NCBI GenBank assembly: GCA_963668315.1
Contig: OY764216.1
Coordinates: 3,200,001-3,264,000 of the forward strand
From: Spirochaetia bacterium
GTDB lineage: Bacteria; Spirochaetota; Spirochaetia; DSM-2461
Length of the DNA stretch: 64,000 nucleotides
Direction of reading: 5' to 3'
Below, one piece after another: positions 9,144 to 19,233 of the stretch. Under the pieces are notes generated by a model. The model ran no database searches. It saw only the letters and a list, made by a program, of their open reading frames with translations, and was not told where the DNA came from. The position numbers and the translations under genes were made by a program. Each line of letters begins with the position of its first letter. The stretch's first letter is position 1.

Positions 9144-10449
9144 CAATGTTCGAATTTATGATTTTATCCATTATCAGGCCCGGGGCTATGTCGTTTTCGA
9201 TGAAACCATAGCCGAGACGGGACCGATGGAGGGATTCGATGAGGCGCGACGTAAATACGGCCTTTCCGACGGGGATATCACCGACGGCAGGAACAGGCTG
9301 CTCATTCCCGGACTGGTGCTGGGGCATACCCATATCTATTCCACCTTTGCCCGCGGGATGGCCCTGCCTTTCAATCCGCAGAACTTTCAGGAGATACTGG
9401 AACAGCAGTGGTGGAAGATGGATGCCGCCCTGGACAGGGAAGAGATTTATTACAGCGGTCTTGTCAGCGGCCTCGGCTATATCAAGCACGGAGTGACCAC
9501 CATTATCGATCACCATGCCAGCGGGCGGGATATAAGGGGCACTCTCAACGAGCTGAAGAGAAGCGTGGTGGACGAGATGGGGCTTCGCGGCATGTTCTGC
9601 TTTGAAACATCCGACCGTTTCGACCGGGAGGCCTGCATCGAGGAAAATGTGGATTTCCGCGACCAGGAGGAGGAGGGATTATGCGCCTCCCACTTCGGTA
9701 TGCATGCTTCCATGACCCTATCCGACGATACTCTGGTGAAAATCTCCCGCCGTCTGGAAGGACGTCCTGTTCATATTCATGTGGCCGAAAGCCGGATGGA
9801 TCAGGAGGACTGCATGAGCCGTTACGCCATGGGACTGGTAGAGCGGCTCGATAAATTCGGCCTTCTCAACAAGGACAGCATCCTGGTACACGGTATTTAC
9901 CTGAGTGAAAAAGAGATGGATCTCATCGCCGAGCGGGAGTGCTATGTCGCCCTGAATCCCCTTTCCAATATGAATAACGGAGTGGGGCTGCCCGATTACC
10001 CCCTTCTGAAAAAGCACGGAATCCCCTGTATCATCGGCAATGACGGCCTGGGAACTTCGGTGGCCAACGAATGGCAGGCCCTGCTCTTTTCCACCCATTA
10101 CAAGTACAGGGATCCCATGGCGTTCGATCTGGGGGATCTGCACCGGATGATTCTCAACAGTTACGAATACGCCTCCCGGATGCTCAAAACCGATCTGGGT
10201 AGGATTAAAAAAGGCTATGAAGCGGATATGATCCTCATTGACGAGGATAATCCCACCCCCATGGGAGACGGCAACGCCCTGGGACATCTGCTCTACGGCA
10301 GCGCCGCCGCCTTGAGGCCTTCCCATACCTGGTGCCGGGGAAAGCTGAAGATGGCCGATTACCTCTATACAGAAGATGTTTCCTCTATTTATGAGAAAAG
10401 CCGTGAACAGGCCGCCCGCCTCTGGAATGACCTGGGAGCTCCCCTGTGA
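9130..10449 (+). CDS. ssnA: SsnA-family amidohydrolase
   Basis: HTHIYSTFARG, GVTTIIDHHAS, GMHASMTLS, HIHVAE, NPLSNMNNGVG. Confidence 0.85.
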   Translation: MKAISNVRIYDFIHYQARGYVVFDETIAETGPMEGFDEARRKYGLSDGDITDGRNRLLIPGLVLGHTHIYSTFARGMALPFNPQNFQEILEQQWWKMDAALDREEIYYSGLVSGLGYIKHGVTTIIDHHASGRDIRGTLNELKRSVVDEMGLRGMFCFETSDRFDREACIEENVDFRDQEEEGLCASHFGMHASMTLSDDTLVKISRRLEGRPVHIHVAESRMDQEDCMSRYAMGLVERLDKFGLLNKDSILVHGIYLSEKEMDLIAERECYVALNPLSNMNNGVGLPDYPLLKKHGIPCIIGNDGLGTSVANEWQALLFSTHYKYRDPMAFDLGDLHRMILNSYEYASRMLKTDLGRIKKGYEADMILIDEDNPTPMGDGNALGHLLYGSAAALRPSHTWCRGKLKMADYLYTEDVSSIYEKSREQAARLWNDLGAPL

Positions 10450-12548
10450 GACGGGATATCAGTGAAAGCATCAACAAAGTTGATAACGGGGAAAAAATAG
10501 GCGGATCCGGCCTCTATCTCAACGATATCGATTTTAAGGATTTCTATTACGCCCTGACTTTGCGGTCCGCTGTCTGCAGGGGACGGATTAAGAACATCCG
10601 ATTTCCCGAGGAAAGGGAAGATGTTTTCATTGTCGATCACCGGGATATCCCCGGGAACAATTATGTACAGATCCTTGAGAAGGACTGGCCCGTTTTTACC
10701 GACGGCCCGGTCAGTTATCTCGGTGAACCGATACTTCTTGTCACAGGCCCGGACAAAGCCGTACTGGAAGATTATCTTGGCCGTATAGAAGTGGAATATG
10801 AAGAGGAGGAGCCCATTCTGACTCTGGAGGATTCCGTCGCAAAGACCGACCCCGTGGTTAGCTATAAAATCGACCGGTGGGACGGGGAAAAACTCGCCGG
10901 GCCCGATATCCGTTTCTACGGCGAGACCTTTTCCACGGGCCGCCAGGAGCAGGTGTACATTGAGCCCCAGGGCGTAGCGGCGGAGTTCACCGGCGGCGGA
11001 GTGAAGCTTACCGGCTCCTATCAGTGCCCCTATTATGTGAAGAACGCCGTTATGAATACCCTGGGCTGGGGACCGGAAAAAGTCCGCGTCGTTCAGGCCG
11101 TGACCGGCGGCGCCTTCGGGGGAAAAGAGGAGTTTCCTTCCCTCATAAGCTGCCAGGTTGCTGTGGCCTGTGTGAAGCTGAAGAAAACGATCAAGCTGGT
11201 TTACGACCGGTCAGAGGACATGGCGGTGACAACCAAACGCCATCCGGCCCTCATCGAATATCAGGCTGCCCTGGATAAAAACAACAGCATCGTCGGCATC
11301 AAGATGGACGTGAAACTGGACGGGGGAGCCACGTCAGGGCTTTCATCGGTCGTTCTTCAGAGATCCATGATCGCCTCCTGCGGGGTCTATACCTTTGAGA
11401 GCGTTCTTGTCACGGGCGGGGTCTATCTGACCAACACGGTTCCCAACGGGGCTTTCCGGGGATTTGGAGCGCCTCAGACATTCTTCGCCCTGGAAACGTT
11501 TATGACCCATCTGGCCGGACATCTGGGAATAGACCCTCTGGATTTCCGTCTGAAATATCTGGCACGCCAGGGGGACCCCACTTCTACGGGGGGACTCTAC
11601 CGCGATCCCATTCTTATGGAAGATATGCTCCGGAATGTGCTGGAACGTTCAGGCTACCGGGAGAAAGCGAAGCTCTATGGCGATCCTTCCGATTCCCGGG
11701 GTATCGGAATCTCCTTCTTCCTCCATGGCTGCGGTTTTACCGGCAGCGGCGAAGCGGACCATATCAAGGCCAAGGTCTTCCTGAAAAGGGATGATCAGGG
11801 CCGCGTGTATATCCTTGTTTCCAATGTGGATATGGGCCAGGGGTTCAAGACGACCATGATCAAGGTCGTGGCCCATACGCTGGGACTGCCCCTGGACCAG
11901 GTCGTTTTTGAGAATCCCGATACGGAATACGTTCCCGATTCCGGGCCGACCGTGGCTTCCCGCTCCACTATGATCGTGGGAAGGCTGCTTGTGGAGGCCT
12001 GCGGAAAACTGGAATCCCGCACGGGGGCCTGTACCGTCGAGGCAAACTACTCCCAGCCGGATTATATCAAGTGGAATCTGGACCGGATGGAAGGAGATGC
12101 CTACCCGGCCTACTCATGGGGAATCAATGTCATCGAGGTGGATACGGACCGGGATACTCTGGAAACGAGGGTGACCGGAGCCTGGACGGTGCATGATGTG
12201 GGAAAGGCGATCGACGACAGGATCCTCAAGGGGCAGGTGGACGGCGGACTTCTCCAGGGCGTGGGATACGGCCTGTGGGAGAAAATGGAAGTGAAGGACG
12301 GGAAGGTGCAGCAGAGCACGGTGACCGATTACATCATTGGCACGGCCTCCGATTTTGTTCCGGTGGATAATGTACTCTTTGACAATCCCTACGCTCTGGG
12401 CCCCTTCGGTGCCAAGGGGGCGGGCGAACTGACCCTGATAGGCGGGGCGCCCGCCGCTGCCATGGCGGTGGAACAGGCGGCGGATGTGAAGATCAACCGG
12501 ATACCCGTGGTGCCCGAATATCTGATGGAGCTCAAGAGACATGGATAA
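10446..12548 (+). CDS. xanthine dehydrogenase family molybdopterin-binding subunit
   Basis: GGAFGGKEE, AFRGFGAPQ, DMGQG, DSGPTVASRST, AKGAGE. Confidence 0.92.
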   Translation: MRRDISESINKVDNGEKIGGSGLYLNDIDFKDFYYALTLRSAVCRGRIKNIRFPEEREDVFIVDHRDIPGNNYVQILEKDWPVFTDGPVSYLGEPILLVTGPDKAVLEDYLGRIEVEYEEEEPILTLEDSVAKTDPVVSYKIDRWDGEKLAGPDIRFYGETFSTGRQEQVYIEPQGVAAEFTGGGVKLTGSYQCPYYVKNAVMNTLGWGPEKVRVVQAVTGGAFGGKEEFPSLISCQVAVACVKLKKTIKLVYDRSEDMAVTTKRHPALIEYQAALDKNNSIVGIKMDVKLDGGATSGLSSVVLQRSMIASCGVYTFESVLVTGGVYLTNTVPNGAFRGFGAPQTFFALETFMTHLAGHLGIDPLDFRLKYLARQGDPTSTGGLYRDPILMEDMLRNVLERSGYREKAKLYGDPSDSRGIGISFFLHGCGFTGSGEADHIKAKVFLKRDDQGRVYILVSNVDMGQGFKTTMIKVVAHTLGLPLDQVVFENPDTEYVPDSGPTVASRSTMIVGRLLVEACGKLESRTGACTVEANYSQPDYIKWNLDRMEGDAYPAYSWGINVIEVDTDRDTLETRVTGAWTVHDVGKAIDDRILKGQVDGGLLQGVGYGLWEKMEVKDGKVQQSTVTDYIIGTASDFVPVDNVLFDNPYALGPFGAKGAGELTLIGGAPAAAMAVEQAADVKINRIPVVPEYLMELKRHG

Positions 12549-13014
12549 GATAATCTTCAACCTTAACGGCAAATCGGTCAGCATAGAAAAGGACGGGTCC
12601 GCCCGGCTGCTTGATACGCTGAGAGATGACTTTTCCCTGACCGGTCCCAAGGAGGGATGCGGGGAAGGGGAGTGCGGAGCCTGCGCCGTCCTCATAGACG
12701 GGGTCATCGCCAATTCCTGTATCGTTCCCCTGGGAAATGTGGCGGGCAGGAATGTGGTCACCATTGAAGGTTTCTCCCGGACGGAACGATTCAAAGTCCT
12801 TGAAGCCAGTTTTGCCGAGTGCGGTGCCGTGCAGTGCGGTTTCTGCACGCCGGGAATGATGATCGCCGCCGAATCCCTCCTGAACGGCAACCCCTATCCC
12901 AACGATGAGGAGATCCGGGAGGGCATTTCCGGCAATCTCTGCCGCTGCACCGGCTACAATATGATCGTCGATGCGGTCAGGCTGGCCTCGGAAAAGGGGA
13001 AGGGCTTATGGTAA
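12541..13014 (+). CDS. xanthine dehydrogenase 2x[2Fe-2S] subunit
   Basis: GCGEGECGAC, QCGFCTPG, GNLCRCTGY. Confidence 0.95.
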   Translation: MDKIIFNLNGKSVSIEKDGSARLLDTLRDDFSLTGPKEGCGEGECGACAVLIDGVIANSCIVPLGNVAGRNVVTIEGFSRTERFKVLEASFAECGAVQCGFCTPGMMIAAESLLNGNPYPNDEEIREGISGNLCRCTGYNMIVDAVRLASEKGKGLW

Positions 13015-13844
13015 ACGCGTATCCCCGCAGTCTGAAGGAAGCCTTGGAGATGCGTTCCGAAGGGTTTCGCCCCATGGGAGGCGGTACGGACCTGATGGTG
13101 CGTTACCGAAACCGATCGGGTCTTCTGCCCCGGTTTGACCAGCCTCTGCTTTTTTTAAGGAATCTGGAGGAGCTTAAAACCCTGGAAGAGAGGGATGGTT
13201 TTCTTCGTATCGGAGCCGCCGTTACCCTGAGGGAACTGCTGGCCTCGCCCCTGACTCCCGGGCCACTCAAGGATATCTTCCTGAAAATGGCATCCTACGC
13301 TATACGGAGTGAAGCCACTCTGGCGGGAAACATAGGCAATGCGTCCCCCGCCGCGGACAGCCTTCCCTTCCTCTATTGCCGGGACAGTTCCCTGACTCTG
13401 GCCAGCCGCCGGGCAGAACGAACCGTATCTCTGGCGGATTTTATCACCGGACCGGGGAAAACTCTTCTGGGCGGGGACGAAATCATCAGGGATATTGTTA
13501 TTCCCCTGAAAACGAGCGATATCTCCTTTCATAAAAAAGTGGGGGGACGCCGTTCGGACGCTATTTCCAAGCTCTCCTTTTATGGGGAGGTCTACCGGGG
13601 AAGCGGGGGCGTGGAAGATGTGCGCCTGGCCTTCGGTTCCGTCGCCCCCCGGGTTGTCCGTCTTCCCGAAGGGGAAGACATGATTCTGAAAGCTCTTGCC
13701 GGAAAAAAAGAATGGGGCCCTGTTGTCGAATTTTACGGTAAGGCCGTCACCCCTATTGACGATCAGCGCTCCACCGCCCATTATCGTAAAGAAGTTTCCC
13801 TGAATCTCTTAAATCGTTTTTTGGAGCTGCTCACTCAATTATGA
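13008..13844 (+). CDS. xanthine dehydrogenase FAD-binding subunit
   Basis: GGGTDLM, ATLAGNIGNASPAADS, PIDDQRSTAHYR. Confidence 0.92.
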   Translation: MVNAYPRSLKEALEMRSEGFRPMGGGTDLMVRYRNRSGLLPRFDQPLLFLRNLEELKTLEERDGFLRIGAAVTLRELLASPLTPGPLKDIFLKMASYAIRSEATLAGNIGNASPAADSLPFLYCRDSSLTLASRRAERTVSLADFITGPGKTLLGGDEIIRDIVIPLKTSDISFHKKVGGRRSDAISKLSFYGEVYRGSGGVEDVRLAFGSVAPRVVRLPEGEDMILKALAGKKEWGPVVEFYGKAVTPIDDQRSTAHYRKEVSLNLLNRFLELLTQL

Positions 13845-15094
13845 CAATTGTAATAAAAGGAAATTTTATCGATACCCCCTCGCCGGAGAAATTCCGGGTC
13901 AGAGAAGAGGGTTATCTTGTTATCGAAAAGGGAAAAGTCCGCGGATACCGCGACACACCGCCCCGGGATACGGGGGAGGGGCAATTTTTCGATTACGGTG
14001 ATAAACTGATTATACCCTCTTTCTGTGATATGCACCTTCACGGACCCCAGTTTCTGCAGAGGGGCCTGGGGATGGATCGGGAGCTTATCGGCTGGCTGAA
14101 TGACTATACCTTTCCCCGGGAAGCCCGTTACGGCGATCCTGCCTACGCCCGGGATGCCTATGAGGTCTTCGCCGATTCTCTCTATCAGGCCGGATCTCTC
14201 CGTTCCTGCGTGTTCGGGACGGTCCATCGGAAGGGGACGGTTATTCTAGCCGAGGAGATGGAAAAGAGGGGGCTGGCCGCCTGCGTGGGCAAGGTGAACA
14301 TGGACAGCAATGCCCCCGATTATATCCGGGAGACGGGGGAGGAATCCCTGAGGGAAACGGTAAAATTTCTTGATGATATGGCCGGATTTTCCCGCATAAT
14401 GCCCATTATCACACCGCGCTTCGTCCCCAGCTGCAGCGGGGAGCTTCTCGGAAAGCTGGGTGATCTGGCAAAGGAAAGAGATCTGCCCGTTCAGTCCCAT
14501 CTGTGCGAAACCGTCCAGGAAGTGGCCTGGGTTAAGGAACTTTTTCCCGAGGGTGAAAGCTACAGCCATGTTTATGATAAAGCCGGCCTTTTAAGAGAGG
14601 GAAAGACTCTTATGGCCCACGGTATCTATATGAGCGAGGACGATCTGGATAGGATTAAAAGGACAGGCACGGCTCTGGTTCACTGTCCCGATTCCAATCT
14701 GAATCTGGCCAGCGGCATTATGGATACCTCCGGCCTTATGGACGGCGGGATAAACCTGGCCCTGGGTTCCGATGTGGGGGGGGGCCATGAGCTCCCCATG
14801 AACCGGGTGATTATCAGCGCCGTTCAGTCCTCCAAAACCCGCAGGCATTTTCTCGGACGCGGCAGAGAACTCTCCCATGAGGAAGCCTTCTACCTGGCCA
14901 CGAGGGGAGGTCTCAGCATCTGGGACAATACGGGCTGCTTTGACGAGGGCTGTCTCTTTGACGCCCTTGTTATTGACGACAGGATGCCCCATCGCGAGGA
15001 GCTGACCCTGACCGACCGTCTTTACCGTTATCTTTACACCTCTTCTGGAGGAGATCAGATAACAGCCCGGTTTCTTGAGGGACGGCGGATCTAA
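13841..15094 (+). CDS. guaD: guanine deaminase
   Basis: DMHLHGPQ, WLNDYTFPRE, ITPRFVPSC, QSHLCE, HCPDSN, LGSDVGGG. Confidence 0.92.
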   Translation: MTIVIKGNFIDTPSPEKFRVREEGYLVIEKGKVRGYRDTPPRDTGEGQFFDYGDKLIIPSFCDMHLHGPQFLQRGLGMDRELIGWLNDYTFPREARYGDPAYARDAYEVFADSLYQAGSLRSCVFGTVHRKGTVILAEEMEKRGLAACVGKVNMDSNAPDYIRETGEESLRETVKFLDDMAGFSRIMPIITPRFVPSCSGELLGKLGDLAKERDLPVQSHLCETVQEVAWVKELFPEGESYSHVYDKAGLLREGKTLMAHGIYMSEDDLDRIKRTGTALVHCPDSNLNLASGIMDTSGLMDGGINLALGSDVGGGHELPMNRVIISAVQSSKTRRHFLGRGRELSHEEAFYLATRGGLSIWDNTGCFDEGCLFDALVIDDRMPHREELTLTDRLYRYLYTSSGGDQITARFLEGRRI

Positions 15095-15101
15095 AGGATT
15101 A

Positions 15102-16214
15102 TCAGCTCTCTTCGTTTTCACCGGAGGGCAGCGTCAGCTGCCTCTGGTTGAGGATCTCTTCCATTTTATCCGGATTGCTCAGTGCCTTCAGGAGTTCCTT
15201 CTGCGATTCCTGAAGAACACGCCAGTCCTCTTCTGTCAGTTCTATGGGCTCGAAATCGGGTGAGTTCATAAAATTGTTCAGCTGTGACTGGAGGCCCGTA
15301 AAAAACTTGCTCTCCACCAGGGTATCCAGCCAGGGGAAATCCTCCTGGGGTTTCTTGTTCCCCTGCCGCTGCCCCAGGGAATCGAGTTCCATGGCCAGTT
15401 CTTTGCGGACTTCCTTGTCGGAAACCAGCTCTTCAATCCGGGATTTCAGATTCTCTATGGTCCGGTTTTTCTCCTCCAGTTCCCTGAGATGCTCCCTTTC
15501 CATCATCTCCGAATGGGTTTTGGCATAACGCATATAGGACGCCAGCTCATCCGCATTGCCCGAGAGCCGGTTCAGTATGGAGGAGAGGCGCAGCATGCGT
15601 TCATTCGCCATGGTATAGGGATAGCGGACCCTATGGTCGATCTCTCCCCAGGCTTCCTCGTAAAGGGTTCTGACCTGAACTTCCACTTCATAGGTTTCGG
15701 CGCCCGGCGAGGTCAGTAGCTGATAGTGAACCGAACGGTAGCCGAACTGATGCTCCTGGATGGCACAGTCCTTGTCCTTATAGTACTGGAGGATTCTTTC
15801 CGAATCGCCGTATCTCACATAGGCCGTCGGTTTCTCTGCCTGTTTCCATCCGGAAATGATAAAGTCATGGATCTCGGCCCAGTCCTCCTTGAAAATATGG
15901 AGCGCCCGTATTCCTATGAGATCGGTAATCTTATCCCTGTAGTTATTACGGGTTATCTGTTCCTGGGGACTGATTTTCATCTTGCGGAGTATCTTTTCCA
16001 GAAGATGCTCTTCATTTTTTATCCGATAATTGATGGAATGGATGGAGGAGCAGGTAAGGAGGGCGTTAACAATGGTCTGACCAGTGATTTCCAGAGCCGG
16101 TTTCAATTTCCGGTAATCTGCCAATATCGCTTCCAGTTCAGCCCAGTGTCGGTCGGCCAGTATGCAGTCTTCCTGATTCTTCAGGTATTCATTGTAGAAC
16201 TTTTCCCTGGTCAT
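15102..16214 (-). CDS. RelA/SpoT synthetase-only protein (small alarmone synthetase) with coiled-coil C-terminus
   Basis: RIK, DLIGIR, GYRSVHY, EVQVRTLYEEAWGEIDH; no HD hydrolase domain. Confidence 0.85.
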   Translation of the reverse strand: MTREKFYNEYLKNQEDCILADRHWAELEAILADYRKLKPALEITGQTIVNALLTCSSIHSINYRIKNEEHLLEKILRKMKISPQEQITRNNYRDKITDLIGIRALHIFKEDWAEIHDFIISGWKQAEKPTAYVRYGDSERILQYYKDKDCAIQEHQFGYRSVHYQLLTSPGAETYEVEVQVRTLYEEAWGEIDHRVRYPYTMANERMLRLSSILNRLSGNADELASYMRYAKTHSEMMEREHLRELEEKNRTIENLKSRIEELVSDKEVRKELAMELDSLGQRQGNKKPQEDFPWLDTLVESKFFTGLQSQLNNFMNSPDFEPIELTEEDWRVLQESQKELLKALSNPDKMEEILNQRQLTLPSGENEES

Positions 16215-16349
16215 ACGTTTAATATACTCCCAAACGGGTAAATTGTTACAAAAAAATTGGGGCTTTTTTGCCCGTTTTATCGGAAAGGCCGATTCTGTTT
16301 TCTTTGTGAAGCCCTTGTTGGTCCGCTCTCATCGGGGTAGAATAGGGTG

Positions 16350-17477
16350 ATGATTGTTAAAATTGAAAAAATCGTTCCCGGCGGTGATGGAATGGGACGG
16401 GTTGACGGAAAAATCGTTTTCGTCCCCCTGGCCCTTCCCGGAGAGACGCACCGCGTAACAACGATTAGCGATAAAAAGGGCTTTGTCCGGGCCGAATCGG
16501 AAGAAATACTGGAAACCGCCCCCTCTTCCGTAGAGAGAGCCGAACCTTTCTGCCCCCTTTTTGGAAAATGCGGCGGCTGCAATATGCAGCATTTGTCCTA
16601 CGAGGCACAGTTGAAGGCTAAGGTCGACATGGCTCTGGATACCCTTTCACGCCAGGGCGGGGAAAATCTCGCCGGAGTTTTCTCGGAAAATCCGATCATA
16701 CATCCCTCTCCTGACAGGGGGTATAGAAACAGGGCTCAGTTTCACAGAAGAGGCGATCTGGCGGGATTCAGAGCCCGGAACAGCCATGAACTGGTACCCC
16801 TTTCCCATTGTCCCCTTCTGACGGAGGGCATTAATCACTATATCGGCCGCGGCCGAAGCGGATCATTTCCATCGCGGGAGAGGTTCACCCTCCTCGGAGA
16901 CGGGGAGAACTGCTGGGTGGAGGGGATACACCGGCGGGCTCAGATTGATCTGATGGGTAAGAAGATCCTCCTGAATCCGGGACTGTTTTTTCAAAGTAAC
17001 CTGTCCCTTTTTCCGAAGCTCGTCGAAAAGGTTCTGGCCTTCGCCGGCGACGGGGAAACTTTTATAGACCTTTACAGCGGTGTGGGGGTCTTTGCCATGT
17101 TTCTCGAGGACCGGTTTGAGAAGGGAGTCGCGGTGGAATCATCCCGGGGAGCCCTCGAATATGCCCGCATGAACCTGACTAAGACGGATTTCTACGAGGA
17201 GCCCGTTGAGAAGTGGGTTGAGAAGGAAGCCCGCTTAACTCCTGACTTTCTTGTGGTTGATCCGCCGAGAACCGGTCTTTCCCGCACGGCCCGGGAGGCC
17301 GTCCTGGCCCTGGCGCCGCATAGAATCTCCTATGTCTCCTGCGATCCTGTGACGCAGGCCAGGGATCTCAAGGAACTCACCGCCGGAAAGTACCGCCTTG
17401 CCGGTTACGAGCTTTTTGATTTTTATCCCCATACGTCCCACATGGAAGGGCTGGCCCATCTGGAGCGCTGCCGGTGA
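16350..17477 (+). CDS. RlmD/TrmA-family RNA (uracil-5)-methyltransferase with TRAM domain
   Basis: CPLFGKCGGC, YRNR, FFQSN, DLYSGVG, VDPPRTG, YVSCDP, FYPHTSHME. Confidence 0.9.
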   Translation: MIVKIEKIVPGGDGMGRVDGKIVFVPLALPGETHRVTTISDKKGFVRAESEEILETAPSSVERAEPFCPLFGKCGGCNMQHLSYEAQLKAKVDMALDTLSRQGGENLAGVFSENPIIHPSPDRGYRNRAQFHRRGDLAGFRARNSHELVPLSHCPLLTEGINHYIGRGRSGSFPSRERFTLLGDGENCWVEGIHRRAQIDLMGKKILLNPGLFFQSNLSLFPKLVEKVLAFAGDGETFIDLYSGVGVFAMFLEDRFEKGVAVESSRGALEYARMNLTKTDFYEEPVEKWVEKEARLTPDFLVVDPPRTGLSRTAREAVLALAPHRISYVSCDPVTQARDLKELTAGKYRLAGYELFDFYPHTSHMEGLAHLERCR

Positions 17478-19180
17478 GGAAGCCCCCTTTTTTACTCCTT
17501 CTCCTGGCCGTTATGGTCATAGCTTCCTTTCAGACAGGAGCGCAGGAGGGGGGACAGTCACAAAGGGAAGCCCTCTGGAAGCGTGCGGTGGGAGGGGAAA
17601 TCTCCTCCTGGCAGGCTGTCGGGCCGGACGGGATCATCTATCTTATCGGTGATGACCGGGCCCTTCATGCCCTTTCCCCCCGGAACGGTGAGGATATATG
17701 GCTGTACCGACCGGGGGGAAGACTCTCCAGTTTTCTGGCGGTCAGCCCCGACGGCACCGTTTATATTCAGAACCGGGACAATGAAATTTTTGCGGTCAAT
17801 CCCGGCGGGGAAGCCCGATGGAAATGCGTCGTGGAGAGCCCTGTCAGGCAGATGCCCGCCCTCACTCCCGAGGGAACACTGATCTTCCTTATGGACCGGG
17901 GCCTTATGGCGGCCCTATCCCGCAAGGGGGATATTCTCTGGACAGAAGAGCTCCATTCGACTCCGACCGCCTCACCCATTATCGATTACAGAGGCCAGAT
18001 CTATGTGGCCGTTGAAGAGGGGATCCTCTGCTATAATCTGGACGGGGACAGAAAATGGGCCCTGGGACTGGAGGGAATCACACGGCTGGCAGTGGATAGG
18101 AAAGGGCGTATCTACGGGTTTACGGCCCGGGGACGCATCCGGTCATTCAGCCATTCGGGCGAACAGCTCTGGGATTCCGGCACGGAACCGGGGGAGGTCG
18201 TCTCCCTGGCTCTGCGCGAGGATGACGTTCTCATTCAGACCGCCGACGGGGTGATTTTCCGGGCCGATTCCATCGGATCGGAGAGCTTCTACCAGGGCCC
18301 GATGCCCCTTGCACCGGGCTATCTTACCGAGAGCGGCCGGCTCTGTTTCTTCGACCGGGACAACCGTTTCGTCTCTCTGGATTTCGAATCGGGAGAAGAG
18401 GAAGTCCTCTTTACCGTTCCCGATGTCCCGTCACCCCCTCTGGTCACCGAAGCGGGGCTGATCCTTTTCGGGGCGGCGGACTGGCGCTTCTACGCCTACC
18501 GGGGAGAAAAGCCCGATGACGGGTGGAGCCAGTTCCGCGCCAATCCCCGGAGGGACGGATCGCTTTATGCCGTTCTCACTCCCGAAGCCAAGGAGAAACT
18601 CTACCGGGACGATACCCGCTGGATCTACTACAACTATTTCACCGCCACAGAGGATCCGGAAGACCAGATGGACCTGGTGGATGAGGTCCGTTCCTACGGG
18701 GAGGACCGTTCCCTCCTGGAAGAGTCCATTCCCTTCTGGGATCTTCTGATGATGAAACTGACCCAGACCCATGACGACCGTACCTATATGGTGGGGGACA
18801 GGGGCTATCGGGATAATCCGGTCGTCCGGGCCGAAGCCTACCGCCTACTGGGAGACTGGGCCGTTTATCCTGCGCGTAATTCCCTTCTGGCCCATGTGAA
18901 TCAGGAAAGGGACCCTCTTGTCCTGGCCGCCGCCTGCTATGCCCTGGGGCAGATCGCTTCGGACTGGGACGGCCGTTCGGCCGACGCCATTGGGAAAATC
19001 GTCAGAAATCCGGCCAATCTCCGTTCGCCCCGTCTGGCCGAGGAAGCGGGTATAGCCCTTGAGCAGATTATGGTCTACAACGGCGGAAAGGTCGCCGAAA
19101 CCTGCTGGGAGTACTACTCCCTCATCCTGGAAAGTCCGGCCGTCTCTCAGGATGTGAAAAACATATTGATGGAAAGGTAG
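17474..19180 (+). CDS. secreted PQQ-like beta-propeller protein with HEAT-like C-terminus
   Basis: Signal peptide; repeated DGxIY..G...W blades; helical C-terminal repeats. Confidence 0.7.
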   Translation: MRKPPFLLLLLAVMVIASFQTGAQEGGQSQREALWKRAVGGEISSWQAVGPDGIIYLIGDDRALHALSPRNGEDIWLYRPGGRLSSFLAVSPDGTVYIQNRDNEIFAVNPGGEARWKCVVESPVRQMPALTPEGTLIFLMDRGLMAALSRKGDILWTEELHSTPTASPIIDYRGQIYVAVEEGILCYNLDGDRKWALGLEGITRLAVDRKGRIYGFTARGRIRSFSHSGEQLWDSGTEPGEVVSLALREDDVLIQTADGVIFRADSIGSESFYQGPMPLAPGYLTESGRLCFFDRDNRFVSLDFESGEEEVLFTVPDVPSPPLVTEAGLILFGAADWRFYAYRGEKPDDGWSQFRANPRRDGSLYAVLTPEAKEKLYRDDTRWIYYNYFTATEDPEDQMDLVDEVRSYGEDRSLLEESIPFWDLLMMKLTQTHDDRTYMVGDRGYRDNPVVRAEAYRLLGDWAVYPARNSLLAHVNQERDPLVLAAACYALGQIASDWDGRSADAIGKIVRNPANLRSPRLAEEAGIALEQIMVYNGGKVAETCWEYYSLILESPAVSQDVKNILMER

Positions 19181-19233
19181 ATTTCTTCGTTTCAGACTAT
19201 CTTCGGTTTATCCTTTTTGATATAATCGCGTTT

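Noticed and set aside
1..15094. Selenocysteine recoding in the purine cluster
   Set aside because: The plus-strand ORFs are full length without read-through, and the part of ygfK I read codon by codon (about 1-780) has no in-frame TGA; a non-Sec selenium cofactor cannot be judged from sequence
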